Assembly (NCBI GenBank): GCA_001949185.1
Contig: BDGG01000002.1
Span: forward strand, 5,942,448 to 6,006,447
DNA from: Ramazzottius varieornatus
Taxonomy: Eukaryota > Animalia > Tardigrada
DNA length: 64,000 nucleotides
Direction of reading: 5' to 3'
The notes below the pieces were generated by a model, which was not told the origin of the DNA, ran no database searches, and worked only from the letters and a program-made list of their open reading frames with translations. A program made the translations under genes and the position numbers. This document shows, piece by piece, positions 34,326 through 63,933 of this stretch (within the stretch, counting starts at the first letter, position 1; the number at the start of each line of letters is the position of its first letter).

Positions 34326-34683
34326 CACCGGGCGGCGTTTTTCTAATTTATCGGGGCTCTGAGAATAATTTCTTCCGCGATGCCGATCAGAGTATTTCTG
34401 TAATTTATGATTCGTAAAAGGTTGTATTATGACTTGATTCCCCGACCTTCGATGTAACTGTAGACAGGTGTTTATCACCTATCTACGGAGACTGCTGAGT
34501 AAGCCGTCGTTTTGGCACGTCGTTGCTTTCAAACGGCGAGGCACTGCAGCTCCAAAGTGTTTCCGACCGTGTATATACTGTCTACTGTCCAGGAGAGTCC
34601 TCTACGTCTCGACTGGATCAAGTGCAGCGTTTCCGGAGTTTTTCACGTCTGCTGAATGCTGGACGTGGAAGGAGTCGGGAGCC

Positions 34684-36593
34684 ATGGATGATCGTTCCTA
34701 CGATCTTTGCAAGAGCATGGTGTCGAGGACATACATCGCCCAGGCAGTTGAAGCGAATGTGCCTGTTCACAAGCTCGTCAACCGGCTTCTGGAGCAGGTA
34801 TGTTGCTGTTTTTCGACCTGACTTCGCTTTGAAGTTGCTGTTCGTCTCGATATCCGCTCGATATTCGTGGATGAGCGCATATCCTTGACAAGTGATTCCC
34901 CAGTCCGCATTTGAGCAGCATTTCTCATCATTTTCAGAAGAGAATTCCTGACGATCCTGTGCCGGACCATGTCATCAAAAGCCTGCTGAACGATCTGGCC
35001 GACATGGATACCAGCAACTTCAGTAGTAACTGCGGCGCGGGAGAACGAGAAGGCCGGGTATACAGTCAGCTGGTAGCTGAGTGTCACTACAGGATGTCGC
35101 ACGGGATCGGTCGTTCAGGCGAGCTCACTTCCGTCCAGCCCAAAGCAGCCGGCTCTTCCATCCTGGCCCAACTGACCAACAAGATGGCTCTCCATGCGTT
35201 AAAGATAGCTGGCGCAACTCACGTCGAAGACGGTTTCGTCGTCCCGATGGCCACCGGAATGACGTTGTGCCTTTGCTTCCTGACGTTACGCTCACTTCGT
35301 CCATCGGCAAAGTACATCATCTGGGCCAGGATAGACCAGAAGTCGTGCTTCAAAAGCATGATAACAGCTGGATTTATCCCTGTTGTGATAGAGAATATTC
35401 TAGTGGGGGATGAGGTACGAGCGGACGTTGATGCGATTCGGCGGAAAGTGGACGAGCTTGGTTCGGAAAATATTCTGTGTATTCATTCAACTACCAGTTG
35501 CTTTGCTCCACGAGCATTCGATGAGTAGGTTTTGCTTTGGCTTCCTTTGGCGTATGGGTCTCACGATTGATGCTGAACGGGTTTTTCTATTGCAGTTTGC
35601 CGAAAATTGCAGCGATGTGTAAGGAACAAGATATTCCACTGATTGTGAACAATGCTTACGGGACACAGTCTTCCAAGTGCATGCACTTGATCGAGGAAGC
35701 TGCGCGGATAGGAAGGATGGATGCTTTGGTGCAGAGTCTCGATAAGAACTACATGGTTCCAGTTGGAGGAACGCTGTTCGCTTCGTACGACTCGGGCTTT
35801 GCCGAAGCATTCAGTCGAATGTACCCAGGTACAGTGAACTAAATCTCATGGCTTCGGATGAGCCTACTTTCGATGTGATCTGTCGCATGCTCATTTTCCT
35901 TTGTAGGACGAGCAAGTGCGTCGCCTTCGACAGACCTTTTTATAACCCTGCTTTCCATGGGAGTTTCTGGGTATCAAAAATTGCTACAGGAAAGGAAACA
36001 GGTCTTCGCTTACTTGAAAGAAAAGCTGGAAGTACTAGCAACTTCTTGTAATGAGCGAGTCCTGAACACTCCTGGAAACAACATATCGTTAGGTAAATTG
36101 ATTGCGGATGCTTTGGACATGTACAACTGTCGATCACGATGCTGTGCGTAGTTCGCTGATAGCCTGATGCGTATTTTGCAGGTTTGACATTGACAACGCT
36201 CGATACGGATCGTTGTACACTCCTCGGTTCGATGTTGTTCCTTCGTCATGTCTCTGGAGCTAGGTAAGACTTTGCGCTAACTGCTGACGTTTTTTATGAA
36301 TACACACTAATGTAAATGGATTTGCTGTTTGCGGTTTTAGAGTTGTGGTGCCGTCTACCGTCCAAACTGTAGAAAGGTACACGTTGAAAGGTTTCGGGAC
36401 GCACTGCGAGAAATATCCTGTTCCTTACCTGACCGTCGCTGCCGGAATCGGAATGCGTAAAGAGGAAGTGGATGTCCTTGTCACTCGTCTATTGAAGGTT
36501 CTGAAGGAGGTTCCAACGCGGAGAGAGTCCTCGGCACCTTCCGACCGGGAGTCGCAGTGCGCTGTACGCACTGGGTCGGTTACCCAAGTATGA
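34684..36593 (+). CDS. SEPSECS: O-phosphoseryl-tRNA(Sec) selenium transferase (~484 aa)
   Basis: Exons 34684-34797, 34938-35524, 35596-35828, 35907-36092, 36182-36263, 36341-36593. Motifs: [59 protein letters not shown], the PLP lysine motif [13 protein letters not shown] and [10 protein letters not shown]. Confidence 0.97.
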
Positions 36594-39500
36594 AAGAGAT
36601 GAAAATTGTCTGACATCTTGATGATCTGAAGGTCTACGGTCTGTATCCTGGGGTGCGTTTTTCAGGCTTCTTGAAAGCCAAGCACGGAATAAGATTCAGC
36701 GGCCCCGATCGTAAGGTGGTACAACTAAAAGTGAAGCGGTCAGGGATCATTGCATTTGCCTATGTCGCCGTCTTTATAGATTGATAGAACATCTTAGCCT
36801 GACTGATTTTCTAACTGGTGGTTTCTTATCTTCAGGCTCCCAACTGACGCAAAATGCCGAATGTAATTCATGGAACTAGATATCGCAACAGTAAATCCGC
36901 CCAATACTTCGACTGCAGTCTTCACTGAACCACTTCCGGTGAGTTCCTGTAGAGAACAGTCTGCGTGTGATATTTACTACTTAGTAGATAGCGCTGGTTG
37001 AATGATGTTCTTGAGATTTGACGGTAGTATATGTACATGAAGCGCTAGGACCAGAAGGTGTTCGTTACAAAGTGGGGTAGCAGGACAGGTAAAGCAGAAT
37101 AGTTTGCGGGCGTCAACTGTCGGGGCAGAGTTGTTATTTATGGAGGGCTTATTGCATGTCGAAATCTGAGTGTGGTTATTCCGGTTAGTTGCCTGCGTAA
37201 ATGGTAGCGCTTTCGATTGAATAACTTGTACGCGCCGAATTACCTTTTGAGAAAGGGGAGCTTGATGTATGGCTTGCGTGCTGAATATCATTTGGGCCGA
37301 ATGGTGACCTGCATTTGCATGCAGTGTAGCGCCGGAGTTCCCAGCTAGAGGTAGCAATTAGAAGCACTTTCAACGTGGCAAGATTATCGAGGCTCGCGCC
37401 TTGTTTACTTAATCGTTTGCCTTTCGATTGAGCCATGGTGCAAAATTTGGGAACTTATTAAAGAAGCCGGGTGGCACTGCAACAAAAGCATTGCGTGCTC
37501 CAGAAGCACCGTGCGCCATCAGCTCGTGCAGTTCCGTGATGAGGAAGTTGAAACTCTCCTTGTAGTTTCTGCAAAGTACATTGAATTGCACGGCGGCTTC
37601 ACCGTAAAGCCTCCATATAAATATTCAGGCCGAACTTTCGCGGTGTTTTTCGGGCAAAGAAAAACTGTGGGGTTTGCTAGATGAGCCGGCAGTTGAATGG
37701 CTGTGCGCTGTGGTTTTCCTTGAAATCATTTTAAAATTGATGAATATTAGTTTTTCGATTTTGGAACTTGACTTTGAAGTTGCGACATTTCGTGAATGCT
37801 AGTGTCACTTTCTACTGATTCTTACCAGTTTACGTTTCCGACGTTTTGTCAGGCAGACAGCGCGGACTGTCACTAAAATAATTGATTGGCGATTGTAAAA
37901 GGTTTGGTGACGGTAACAGCATCAATAATGATGCACTTTGTGATGGTATGCAGTAATCACGGTAAAGTGCAACGAAAAAACGGACCTTTTTATCGGACTG
38001 TTATTTTGCTCGAAGGTACGCTCCAAAACAGAGCGCCGCTCTTCTTGCGACGGTGTAATGTTCGGTCTTCTGTTGGGTACACGCGCAGACACCGGACGGC
38101 ATCGTGCCTAAGAAATGCTATGCCCGGGATTCTTGCAACAGGTCTGCACGTACCGCTTGGAGCACCCAGCGAAATCACTTTTGGAAAAATTGTGAAGATA
38201 CCACGAAATACTGCGACGAAAGAGTTTGCCAGGTTGAACAGTTTTCATTTCACCATCATTTTCATTTCATTTCATTTCACATTTCATCAACACATCTCCT
38301 TGATACAGCGTACGTAATAAAGTGTAACCTGAATGAGTTCTGAAGATGGGATGGCTGGTCTGTCAGTTTAGAGTTTCAGAACTCTTTGTTGGCAGTGGGT
38401 TGCTTGTTTGTTCTAATCATCTGGATTTGCGCCCAGAAATTAGATCGCCTTACTAGCCCTCTTGAAGAGACGATAAAATAGCACGTTCTGCACGCGACAT
38501 CTCCCAACGTGCGGGTGGCACCAGTTGAGGAGATATATTAGTACTTTTATATTAGTAATGATTATGCACTTGAACTATGGTCTTCCTGGGATTCCAAAAC
38601 AGACATTTTGACAATACAAAGTTTTCCCTTTCGTTTACCAAAATGAATCTTGAAAAAGATCGAAACTCAAACTACTAAATTATTTTAGCAAACTATTCTG
38701 ATTGATTGTTCGGGCGCAGGGTCCTTCGTCGCGGATTCTCACAGTGGTGGGGTCAGTGCTGAGATGGGTCCCGGAAGTCTGAAGCCTACTGTATGTATCT
38801 GATGATTCATAATACGGCAGTAAACTATCGATCGACCACGTTACGATTTCCTTGTGTCATGTAGTGATCCCATAAAGCTCCGGTTGATATGATTTTGAAC
38901 ACCCCTGGTCCGCGGCCACCAGTAGCTACGCCCTTCACTACCGTGTAGGCAGGCTTTGTGTATTCCGAGTTAGGAAGACGTTATTCTTGCCCGTTTAGCA
39001 CCAGAGTACTTCGGCTTTCTAACCCTCTCCAGATTTCTCTTATTCGATTTCCGGAAATTTCTACAAAATGTCTGGATGGTCTGGTTTCCAGACAGAGTTG
39101 TTGTCGCAGCAGATGCCTTGAAACAGCGAACCCTTGTTAAGCTTGGGTTTATGATTTGTGGTCCCAGTTTGATTGGTGAAGCGTGGTTTGTCGATAATTT
39201 GTGGTATCTCGTGGCAAATCTGACAGGTTTTGTAAAGTTACTTCCTTAAAACGGCACCTCATCTATCATAAGGGAGCTGCGTTCTGTGCAAATGCACACG
39301 TACCGTTTAGCAGCCATCTCGTGCGAACTCATTTGGGAGTTGGTGTATCGGTACGCTGCTTTGCCGTACAGCCTTGACGAAGACTACTGCGACGCTACTG
39401 CCGAAAAGTTATGTACATTGTTATCTTGTAGGACAGAATATGGAATAGCCATAATATCGACGGTCGATGGTTATACCGACCATAATATCACTGGTAGGAC

Positions 39501-40185
39501 ATGTAGTCTGTAGCCTAGTGAGGAGTTGTATGGCGTGGCTTGTCAGCAACGTGGAGTGAAGTAGTCAAGTAGGCAACCAATAAAGCCATGTCGGCTGTGA
39601 AGATCATTGGCTGCCTTTAGTGGATTAAGCGCAGTTGACGTCGGAGGACGGACACGGCTCTTTGAAGATTTTCACCCATGACAGCTTTTAGAGAAGGTTT
39701 TACGCTGGCTGAGACAGATAGAGCGTGTAGCTTTCCACTATTGATGATCCATCTCTCAAAGCTTGCCAGTATCAGGGGAAGATATTAAATATTGCTGCCA
39801 TTTTTAAAGTGAAGGACCGTACAACTCTTCACGTACGCTCCTTGTGTGCTGTACGCGAAACGCGACTGGCAAAGTCGTGTGTTATCTCACCCTTGACGAT
39901 TGTTCGCGTCCATTCTTATCATTTATCACCATTGGACGGGCCGTGATTTATTGCCGAATGAACAGGCTCATGAAAATTTGTTCGCTCCCTTGATTGTTCA
40001 CATCCGTGAAAAATCCTGATCTTAAATTCAAAGGCCTTCGTGAAAAAATCGACCCAATTTTTTCACCGTTTGAAAGTTTGCGTTTACCTTTGATGAACCG
40101 TACGGGATAGACGACAAGGTGAAGTCGTCGACAAGGTGTCAGTTATTGAAATATTCGGCGGTATTTTTTGGAGGACACTAGCATC

Positions 40186-56929
<16,744 letters not shown>

Positions 56930-57309
56930 ATCTTTGTAAACTTACTTGTTACCTCGTACCCAAGAGCGAACCAAAGTGCGCTTGTGCGCGTACTAGCTAT
57001 TCTCACATTGTACTCAGGAAGTTTATCGTTGTCGAGCCGGGAATGTTTAGCTCGTCTTGCGGTGCATTCTTGAGAGAAATCTGCAACAGAACCAGTGTTC
57101 ATACTTTTTATCCTGTCTTCATACTCTATCTTGTCGGCAGACTCAAAGCCTCGACGCTACTTCTTAAATTATTACATTGGAATGAATATCATTGTACTGT
57201 AAAGATACGAATGTTATCTTCCTTACCGATTTGCTTCGGTCGTCTCCATGTTGACTTTTCGAAGCAGTGGAAGTAACAGGGACTAGTCCTCCTGTCGAGT
57301 GCATTCTTC

Positions 57310-59070
57310 TCATTTGATTCGCAGCTTTACTTGCAAAGGATAGTTGAGGTTTTCGCTGTATTCGGGGCTCTTTGTTTTTTGAGCTTCATGCAGGCTGAAT
57401 ACATCCTCGCTGTACCGGTCGGATACGAGAACCTCGAAGTATTCTTTGGCTCTGGTAACGAAGTCTGTCAGAGTATTTCCTCTTTTCGGTGCGAAGATTA
57501 TCGCGATACCCTAAAAGACGGTCGATATGTTAGGAAGAAGCTCTGAAGGTGAACCGTGGTGTAAGCGCAGGTATGCCGGAAGCGACTTACATCGTTTTTG
57601 AGGATATGACGGATGCAGCGACAGAGAGCTTCGTGATACTCCGCCTTGAAGACACAGTCCGCGGCTATCACCACGTCAAAAGTGATGGCCAAGCACCTGT
57701 AATCTTCGGTCACGTCCCACCTCAAACGCCTACGGAAAGGAGTGCAGTAAGTGTCGGACTAGCCGGGAAACGAGGACTGCAAGAAATTTACCGCGATGAT
57801 ACGTTCTCGCAAGAGTACGTCTGACGCTTCCGGTTCTGCGCAATAGCGGCCTCGCAGTCTGTGGAATGTAGCCAGCTTTACGAAACAAACTCGATATTCG
57901 CAGGCATTCAATGTTTTCGAAAGCTTACTTGCGCAGCATTTTTCGTTTCCGTCGGTAAGAAGTAACATCTCAGCTGGCATCGTGCAGGCTATCTGAACAC
58001 CAATGCGATGACCATGGTTGAGTTGGAGAATTCGAATGAAAAACCGCGGATCTGGATGTTAAAAATACTCTTGCGAAAATATTCCCTGCGAAAATACTCA
58101 CCACATTACCGCCTAACGAAGCCATTCCACCTCCCAACTCGCAAATTCTCTTTCCGCTGTAAAATTAATATACTTCAATCATGTTTAGGAATGTCTCATC
58201 ACCCGGCTTGAAGGTTACAGTCAGTACGCCGAGTTACATTGGAATGCCACGGATCATGCATGGACCAGGTTGACCACAAAAGTGTTTTCGCAACGGACCA
58301 CACCTACCGAAACAAACTTGGATTCCCAAGACACCAGAACGCCATAACCTCTTCCGCAGGCCAGATACCTACGGGGAAAAAGCTATATTGAAAATGGTGA
58401 AATCTGTCGCAATCGGCTTCGAGAACTGGTGGAGTACTTTTCCACTGCGTTAGTGCCAGTATAATTTTAAATCTCGAACAGCGGAAACGTTCCAGCGGGA
58501 AGAAATAAGCAGGACCTTACATATGTTTCCCGTGTTGTCGAACCCCGTTAGATCCGTCAAACATACGGCAGCCTCCTTCCTGCAAACAGTAATGATCTGC
58601 AATTGCGGTTCGGGTTGAAACTTATGAATCCATAGTGATTCCGTTATTCCGTTTACCGAAGAAATAGCTCGAAGGAACCGGAAGACGTCCCGACTGTGTC
58701 CGAACCTGCATGTTCCTCCCCTGCACTGTACGCGGTAGCCGCATAGCCTTCAATAGCAAAGTCCTTCCTCGAGGTAACTCGAATCCATTGCTCTCCGTCA
58801 ATCACAACATCTTCTCGAGAAAACAGTCCGAATCCATGGAAGCGACGGGTTGTGGCAGCGTTGTTCACAATCCGCAGCGTATCCGGCTGTTTCTCGGAGG
58901 TGGAGCAACCCGTTTTCAGTTCTTCAAAAGCCTAAAGTGTACAGCAACAACTACCTGAGCGAGGAACACATCGTGCAACCTTCCAGAGATCAAGTATCGC
59001 TTACCTTCGACAAGAGATCCCATCGACGCCGAGGAGCAGACGAGGTGGCATGTTCTCCCATCTCCAACAT
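57310..59070 (-). CDS. CAMKMT: Calmodulin-lysine N-methyltransferase (~328 aa)
   Basis: Exons 59070-59005, 58931-58657, 58579-58521, 58368-58308, 58156-58102, 57992-57929, 57858-57792, 57729-57591, 57510-57310. Motifs: RRRWDLL, RRFHGFGLF, GFDNTGNICIWPAEEVMA, SAM motif ICELGGGM, LLTDGNEK, LRWD, FDVVIAADCVF and FAPKRGNTL. Confidence 0.95.
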
Positions 59071-59282
59071 CGTTTGTTCGGCCTACGGGTATCATAAACA
59101 TCTGTGACTGTGAGGATCAAAAACTGTGCGTTTCCATTCCCCGAAGTGGGGGTTTGGTCGAAGTCGAGTGGGAACTGAGAAATAAGAACTGGGAGGAAGG
59201 AACGGTACACTGTACACAATATCATGAAGATTAGAAAAACCACAACAAATGGTAAGTCATACAGTATGTCATGGTGCTTATA

Positions 59283-59386
59283 CACTGCTAATAAAAAATC
59301 CCTTCCGGTGGTCACGTGGTCTTAAAACATAAATCAATGTTAACCAACGTCACGTGACCACCGGAAGGGAAGTATTTTCAGCACTG
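59283..59386. mobile_element. Tc1/mariner-type MITE, 104 bp, TA-flanked
   Basis: TA|CACTGCT...TCCCTTCCGGTGGTCACGTG-N32-CACGTGACCACCGGAAGGGA...AGCACTG|TA, with a perfect 20-bp inner inverted repeat. Confidence 0.8.
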
Positions 59387-59699
59387 TATAGTCGATTTGA
59401 GCAGACAGACTGTAGTCTGTGTACTCGTGCTGCCTATAATGAAGACACAGTTCGATTTTTGACCACAGGCTATCATAGTCTGAAAACTCTGCTCCGCCAT
59501 TGGTTTGAGACATGCGGCTACAACTCCGAATATTCCAGTGTGCTTCTTCCATCAAGGTACTTGGTACAAGAGGCCGATCCCGACAGGACGTGGGCTCCAC
59601 AGCTGTTTCGCGAAGATGGCCCAGAAACCTCCAACGCTCCGGGACAATGGCGAATTTTCCTTCATCCTCAGCGCTGCATCACCCTCAGTCGTCCGGCAG

Positions 59700-60780
59700 T
59701 CTCTTCAGCATCTGTAACCTCCAGAAGTTATTTTCTTCGATTGTTGTGGTCCAAGGATGTCGAAATAACCATGTCTTCGAAGAAAATACAGAACGCGGCG
59801 ATGTGTGAAGAGTTGAGTTTCTCACAGAGGCGGGGACATATCGACCCTCCACAACGTGTGAAATCCATTTACAGGCTCTTGTTCACTTCCTGGTCCCGAA
59901 GAGGCGGACAGCGTCAAGTAACTTGACGCTGTTCGCCAAGTACCGGTTTGCAAGTTCAGTCCTTGCACACCCTGAAGAAGAGAAAAATAAGTCTTTGTTT
60001 GTCCTCATAGGGGAACAACATTCGCAGATCTATTGCACCCGCGAAATTTCACTCGGAAGGATGCGTACCCTCGATCAAGAAAGCAAGAACCTCGGCGGGA
60101 AAGTACCTTCGTCCAGTCCTTTAGAATGCCCGCTGCGTCTTTCTCGAGCACGTCTCGAAGACCCGCTGGCGCAGATGTGAAGCACGCGACATCGTCCAGC
60201 GGCACATACAGTTTCTGGAAGAATACCTCCCGAAGCATAGGCATTTCCACACAGTGACGCTGATTGGGGTGACACTTGCAGATTCTGACATGATGAAGCG
60301 TCTATTCAGGTTTGACGGAGGGGCTCGTTGGCCCAGGGAACTAAGAGTCATTTTGCACCAGAGTACCATCAGTTGGCACTTTCTGTTTCCCGACAAGATC
60401 GAACAAACCTATAGCGTTTGGCCGCGTAACTGGCAAGTCGATCTTCCAGTTAGCAATCCTGTCTTTCAAACTGGGCCGTATACTAGTCTGATGGAATGCT
60501 GCATCCGGCTGCATCGTGAGCTGAATAAACGTCGAGTATTCCGGTAGTATCCGATAGATCAGTCAGAATGGCTCCGTTCGAAGTTAGACCACATCGCTTC
60601 GGAAGAACAAGCCGAAGTGAAGGCCACGGCGCAACAGTGGGCCTACAGATACGATGTTTCTGACTGCTAGCCAGTCCGCCAGTACCTGAGAACGGATGTG
60701 GTCAGACAAGTTGTAACGGACTGGATACCCGCTGGACTTCCATTCGAGGGTACTCCGCTCAACTACCGAGATTTTTTTCG
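59700..60780 (+). pseudogene. Decayed AlkB-like (ALKBH2/3-type) 2OG-Fe(II) dioxygenase relic with C-terminal extension
   Basis: Fragments occur in AlkB order across frameshifts and stops: SNLTLFAKYRFASSVLAHPEEEK (compare FNxxLxNxYxxGxDxxxxHxDDE), EISLGRMRTL (compare SxSxGxxRxF) and VKHATSSSGTYSFWK (compare LxHGSLxxMxGxTQxxWxH). Confidence 0.35.
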
Positions 60781-62722
60781 TAGTGCGTTTCGTCGTCCAT
60801 CAGACTTCAGCTCTTAGCAGTGCGTTGTTGGTTCCTCGGACGACCTCATGACAGGACGACTGGACAGTCGACCCTAACGACCTAAGTTCTGCGATTCTGA
60901 CGAGCCGAAGGCTCGCTTGAAACCGGATGGACCACATCATCGTTCGTCACTCAAGGCTCCGGGATCGACAAGAAAGAACCCACACTCTACGGAAAGACCC
61001 AAGCTTAGTCCTTTCTTTGCGTCGTTTGATCCTCTTACATGTACTTTCTGCCTTGGTTCGGTGTCGGATTTGTTTTCGGGTCATGACGGGTTGCAACTAG
61101 TTTCTTTTATGCACTGTTCATACACTTTATTGGTGTTTTGGTTTTACTATACAGTGCGGATGGGCCAAGTGATTACCACCTCACGATATGCAGGGCGCTC
61201 TCGACCGCGTATGGGCTGGTCCTCGCAACTATTTTTCCTTAATTTGATATTGCTGTTGCCACCCTTTAAAAATAACTTGCCCAGAAAGAATGTCTATACG
61301 AAGTCGAGAATCAACCCTGGACTAGGGAGGATGCAGCCGCGTAGCTGCTTCGAGGCGAACTTTTCAATGTTTCTCCGTCCGGAAACAATCATTTTTCTCT
61401 CTTCTTCCCTTTTTGGACTAGAACTGCTGATTGCAAATTGTTTAACGGTAGTCTGGCTTCCGGGAAAAACACAGCGCTCTCCTGTACCACTTGTCGGTTC
61501 ACTGATACAGCTATTGTAGTGAAACTGAGCCAAAATACAGGGTGCGCGCCAGAAAACAAGGTTTCTCGAAATATTTTGTATTTTTTCCGAAAACTAAAAG
61601 CATGAACGGGAAGCCGAATCATTGTTCCATCTGAATCCACAGCGCTTGTATGGACTTGGGTACTTGGGTGGGGCAAGGCTTTTCGCAAAAATTTGATTCG
61701 CGGGAATGGGCAACTGTTTCAGATTTCGAGAGAATTTCAGAAAATTCCCATCTACTTGTGTGACAAGCCATGCAAATCCGACACTGGGAAATATTAGTCC
61801 AATCACTGGGCCATACGAAAAGCGGTCGCAAATGAGAACTCTACGGTCAGAATATTAATTATGATCTTTTCCCCGAGGAGTGGTATACCTGAAAAATGGT
61901 CGAATTTGACGGTCTTAATTCATTCCTAACTTACTTTGACTTTCTTGAAACCTTCCCTATTTTCTAGAAAGAAACCAGACAGTTTTATCTCCGTTCAAAT
62001 CAAATTGGGGAGAGATACTCGCGCATGGAGTTCTAGAGTGCCCGGTTTGTTCCTGCCGAATAATCTTCCTCAGCGGAAGTCATTTCAATCAACTTCTCCA
62101 ACCTGAGTTTTAACGCATGCAAACGAGCTATGTCTTAGCGGAACCAGCGTGAAAATTTGCACAAACTATGTGAAAGAGCGAAAGGAAAGCAGGCATTCTG
62201 ATTTTTTTCTACGCCAATGTTCCAGGTGGTAGTCCCTTGGCCCATTCGCACTGTAGAAGAAAGAAAAATTGGATCCTGCTTAGTTATTCACGTCCACGAT
62301 CCACAGGTACGCACTAAAAAACATCAGCTGAGTAAGCAAACAAAAGAAGAAAATAAAACCTGACGCGAAACTGCAGTCCAGTAAAATGGGGCATCCGTCC
62401 ACCTGCACAGGTGGCCGGAAACAACCATAAAACAAAAAAGTGAAAGATTAGATGAATAGCTCGAATTCTATGCTAAAATTGCACTGAAAAGCTTGTGAAA
62501 CATAGTTTCTCAGTCCTTCGAAACTGCTAGCAACACTAGATGCCTTCATCATTGCTGTCACGCTAACCAAAATCAAAGGGAAGGAAGGAAAGGGTTCATT
62601 TCGTAGGGCTTATCATTAATCGGGAAACGCACAAGCGGAAAATGATGATAAGGGAGAGGACAAGTCAGAGGAAGATTGGCGAGTCGGAACTGTTAGGTCT
62701 TCCTCAGGGTGAGTAATGAGAC

Positions 62723-63933
62723 CTACAGTTCGGTAGACTCCAGTAAATGGCTTTGCCCAAAGACTTTTTCGAGTTGGCTTCTGTATCGATCAATGTTGCG
62801 TTTCATGATCTCTAAGCAGCTTCCCAAGAGTCTTTCAAAGGCTTTAACATCCAGAAAAGCGACCTTGCAGTCACCTGTCAACCAAAGAAAACAATCATTA
62901 ACCACGCACACCACGAACAGACTCGCCCAAGACGGCCTCATTAAAAGAAGCAAGCTTCCCATGCACCACTGAATGCGCAACTTTTGCTAGCTTTTGCAGC
63001 GTGTTAACACTGGAGTCGGTTTCGTCGAATCATCAACAGAAAATTACCATCGGCTATCACGGAGGCCGCCCTTGGTCGAGCGGTTATGAGTGCCAGCTCT
63101 CCAAAATAAGGGTTTTTACTGTCGTCTAATCGGTCCACTTCGCGTTCCACCCCATCTTCACTCCTTGTCACAATAACTCTTCCACTTTCGATAAAATATA
63201 AGCCGTCGGCAAAGTCACCTGTAAAGAAGAAACCACTTCGTACATCAGTCAGATGAACGAAAGGCCTACGATCACAGTCCATGAACGTGCATACAACGAC
63301 CCATATGTCGATTACGGGATAACTGTATGCACCTGTGGGTAAACTTGTCGTACTGTTTTGGCGAACTTTCACATAAGCGCGTACATTTGCAACGAAGATT
63401 GATTTGATAGCTGACATAAACTATCATCCGATATGACATTTCTTTTTACCTTGCCGTATAATTACTGAACCATCAGTGAAAACTTTGGGCTGCAGCGCGT
63501 CACACAAGTTCTGTTTCTCATACGGTGTCAGTTCTGCCAGGAAGTCGACGCAGTCTATCAAGTCCATGTATACTGCACGTTTCTTGAACGCTGCTTTGAG
63601 CACGATTCGCTGGAAGGTTTGCCGGTCCTAAAAAGCGCCACATAGCGTTAGAGCTGTTCAGTTCAGACGGACGCAAAGGAATGTTTTCAAAAATAGTTTT
63701 TAATGACACTTACCAACGCCCATAGCTTCCCCGCTGTCCGCGCCACTATGGTTGCAGCTCGTGGCTGGTTGTACATTAGCGCGAGTTCCCTATGATGAAT
63801 GCATGGTAAAAGACTACTCTGCGGTGTGAACGGGAAAAGTAGCAGCCTCACCCGAAGCTTCCAGTATTGTTGTACTCCCAACAAAGCTGTGGTTCCTCGT
63901 CCTGCTCTCCCTTGACGTAGACATCGTAAATAC
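62723..63933 (-). CDS. PRKAR2: cAMP-dependent protein kinase type II regulatory subunit, 3' half (5' exons lie beyond the window)
   Basis: Exons 63933-63852, 63789-63714, 63627-63450, 63218-63048, 62874-62723. Phosphate-binding cassettes [18 protein letters not shown] and [17 protein letters not shown], plus DRQTFQRI and AFERLLGSC (RII-type). Confidence 0.95.

Noticed and set aside
38252-38290. (TTTCA)n run upstream of hth
   Set aside because: It is a short simple repeat with no evidence of function.
58160-58305. Apparent stops suggesting CAMKMT is a pseudogene
   Set aside because: The stops lie in an intron, and the SAM-binding exon 58156-58102 restores a complete frame.
60917-61519. 200-aa ORF
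   Set aside because: It has a non-ATG start, no domain and random-looking composition; it is probably spurious or TE-derived.
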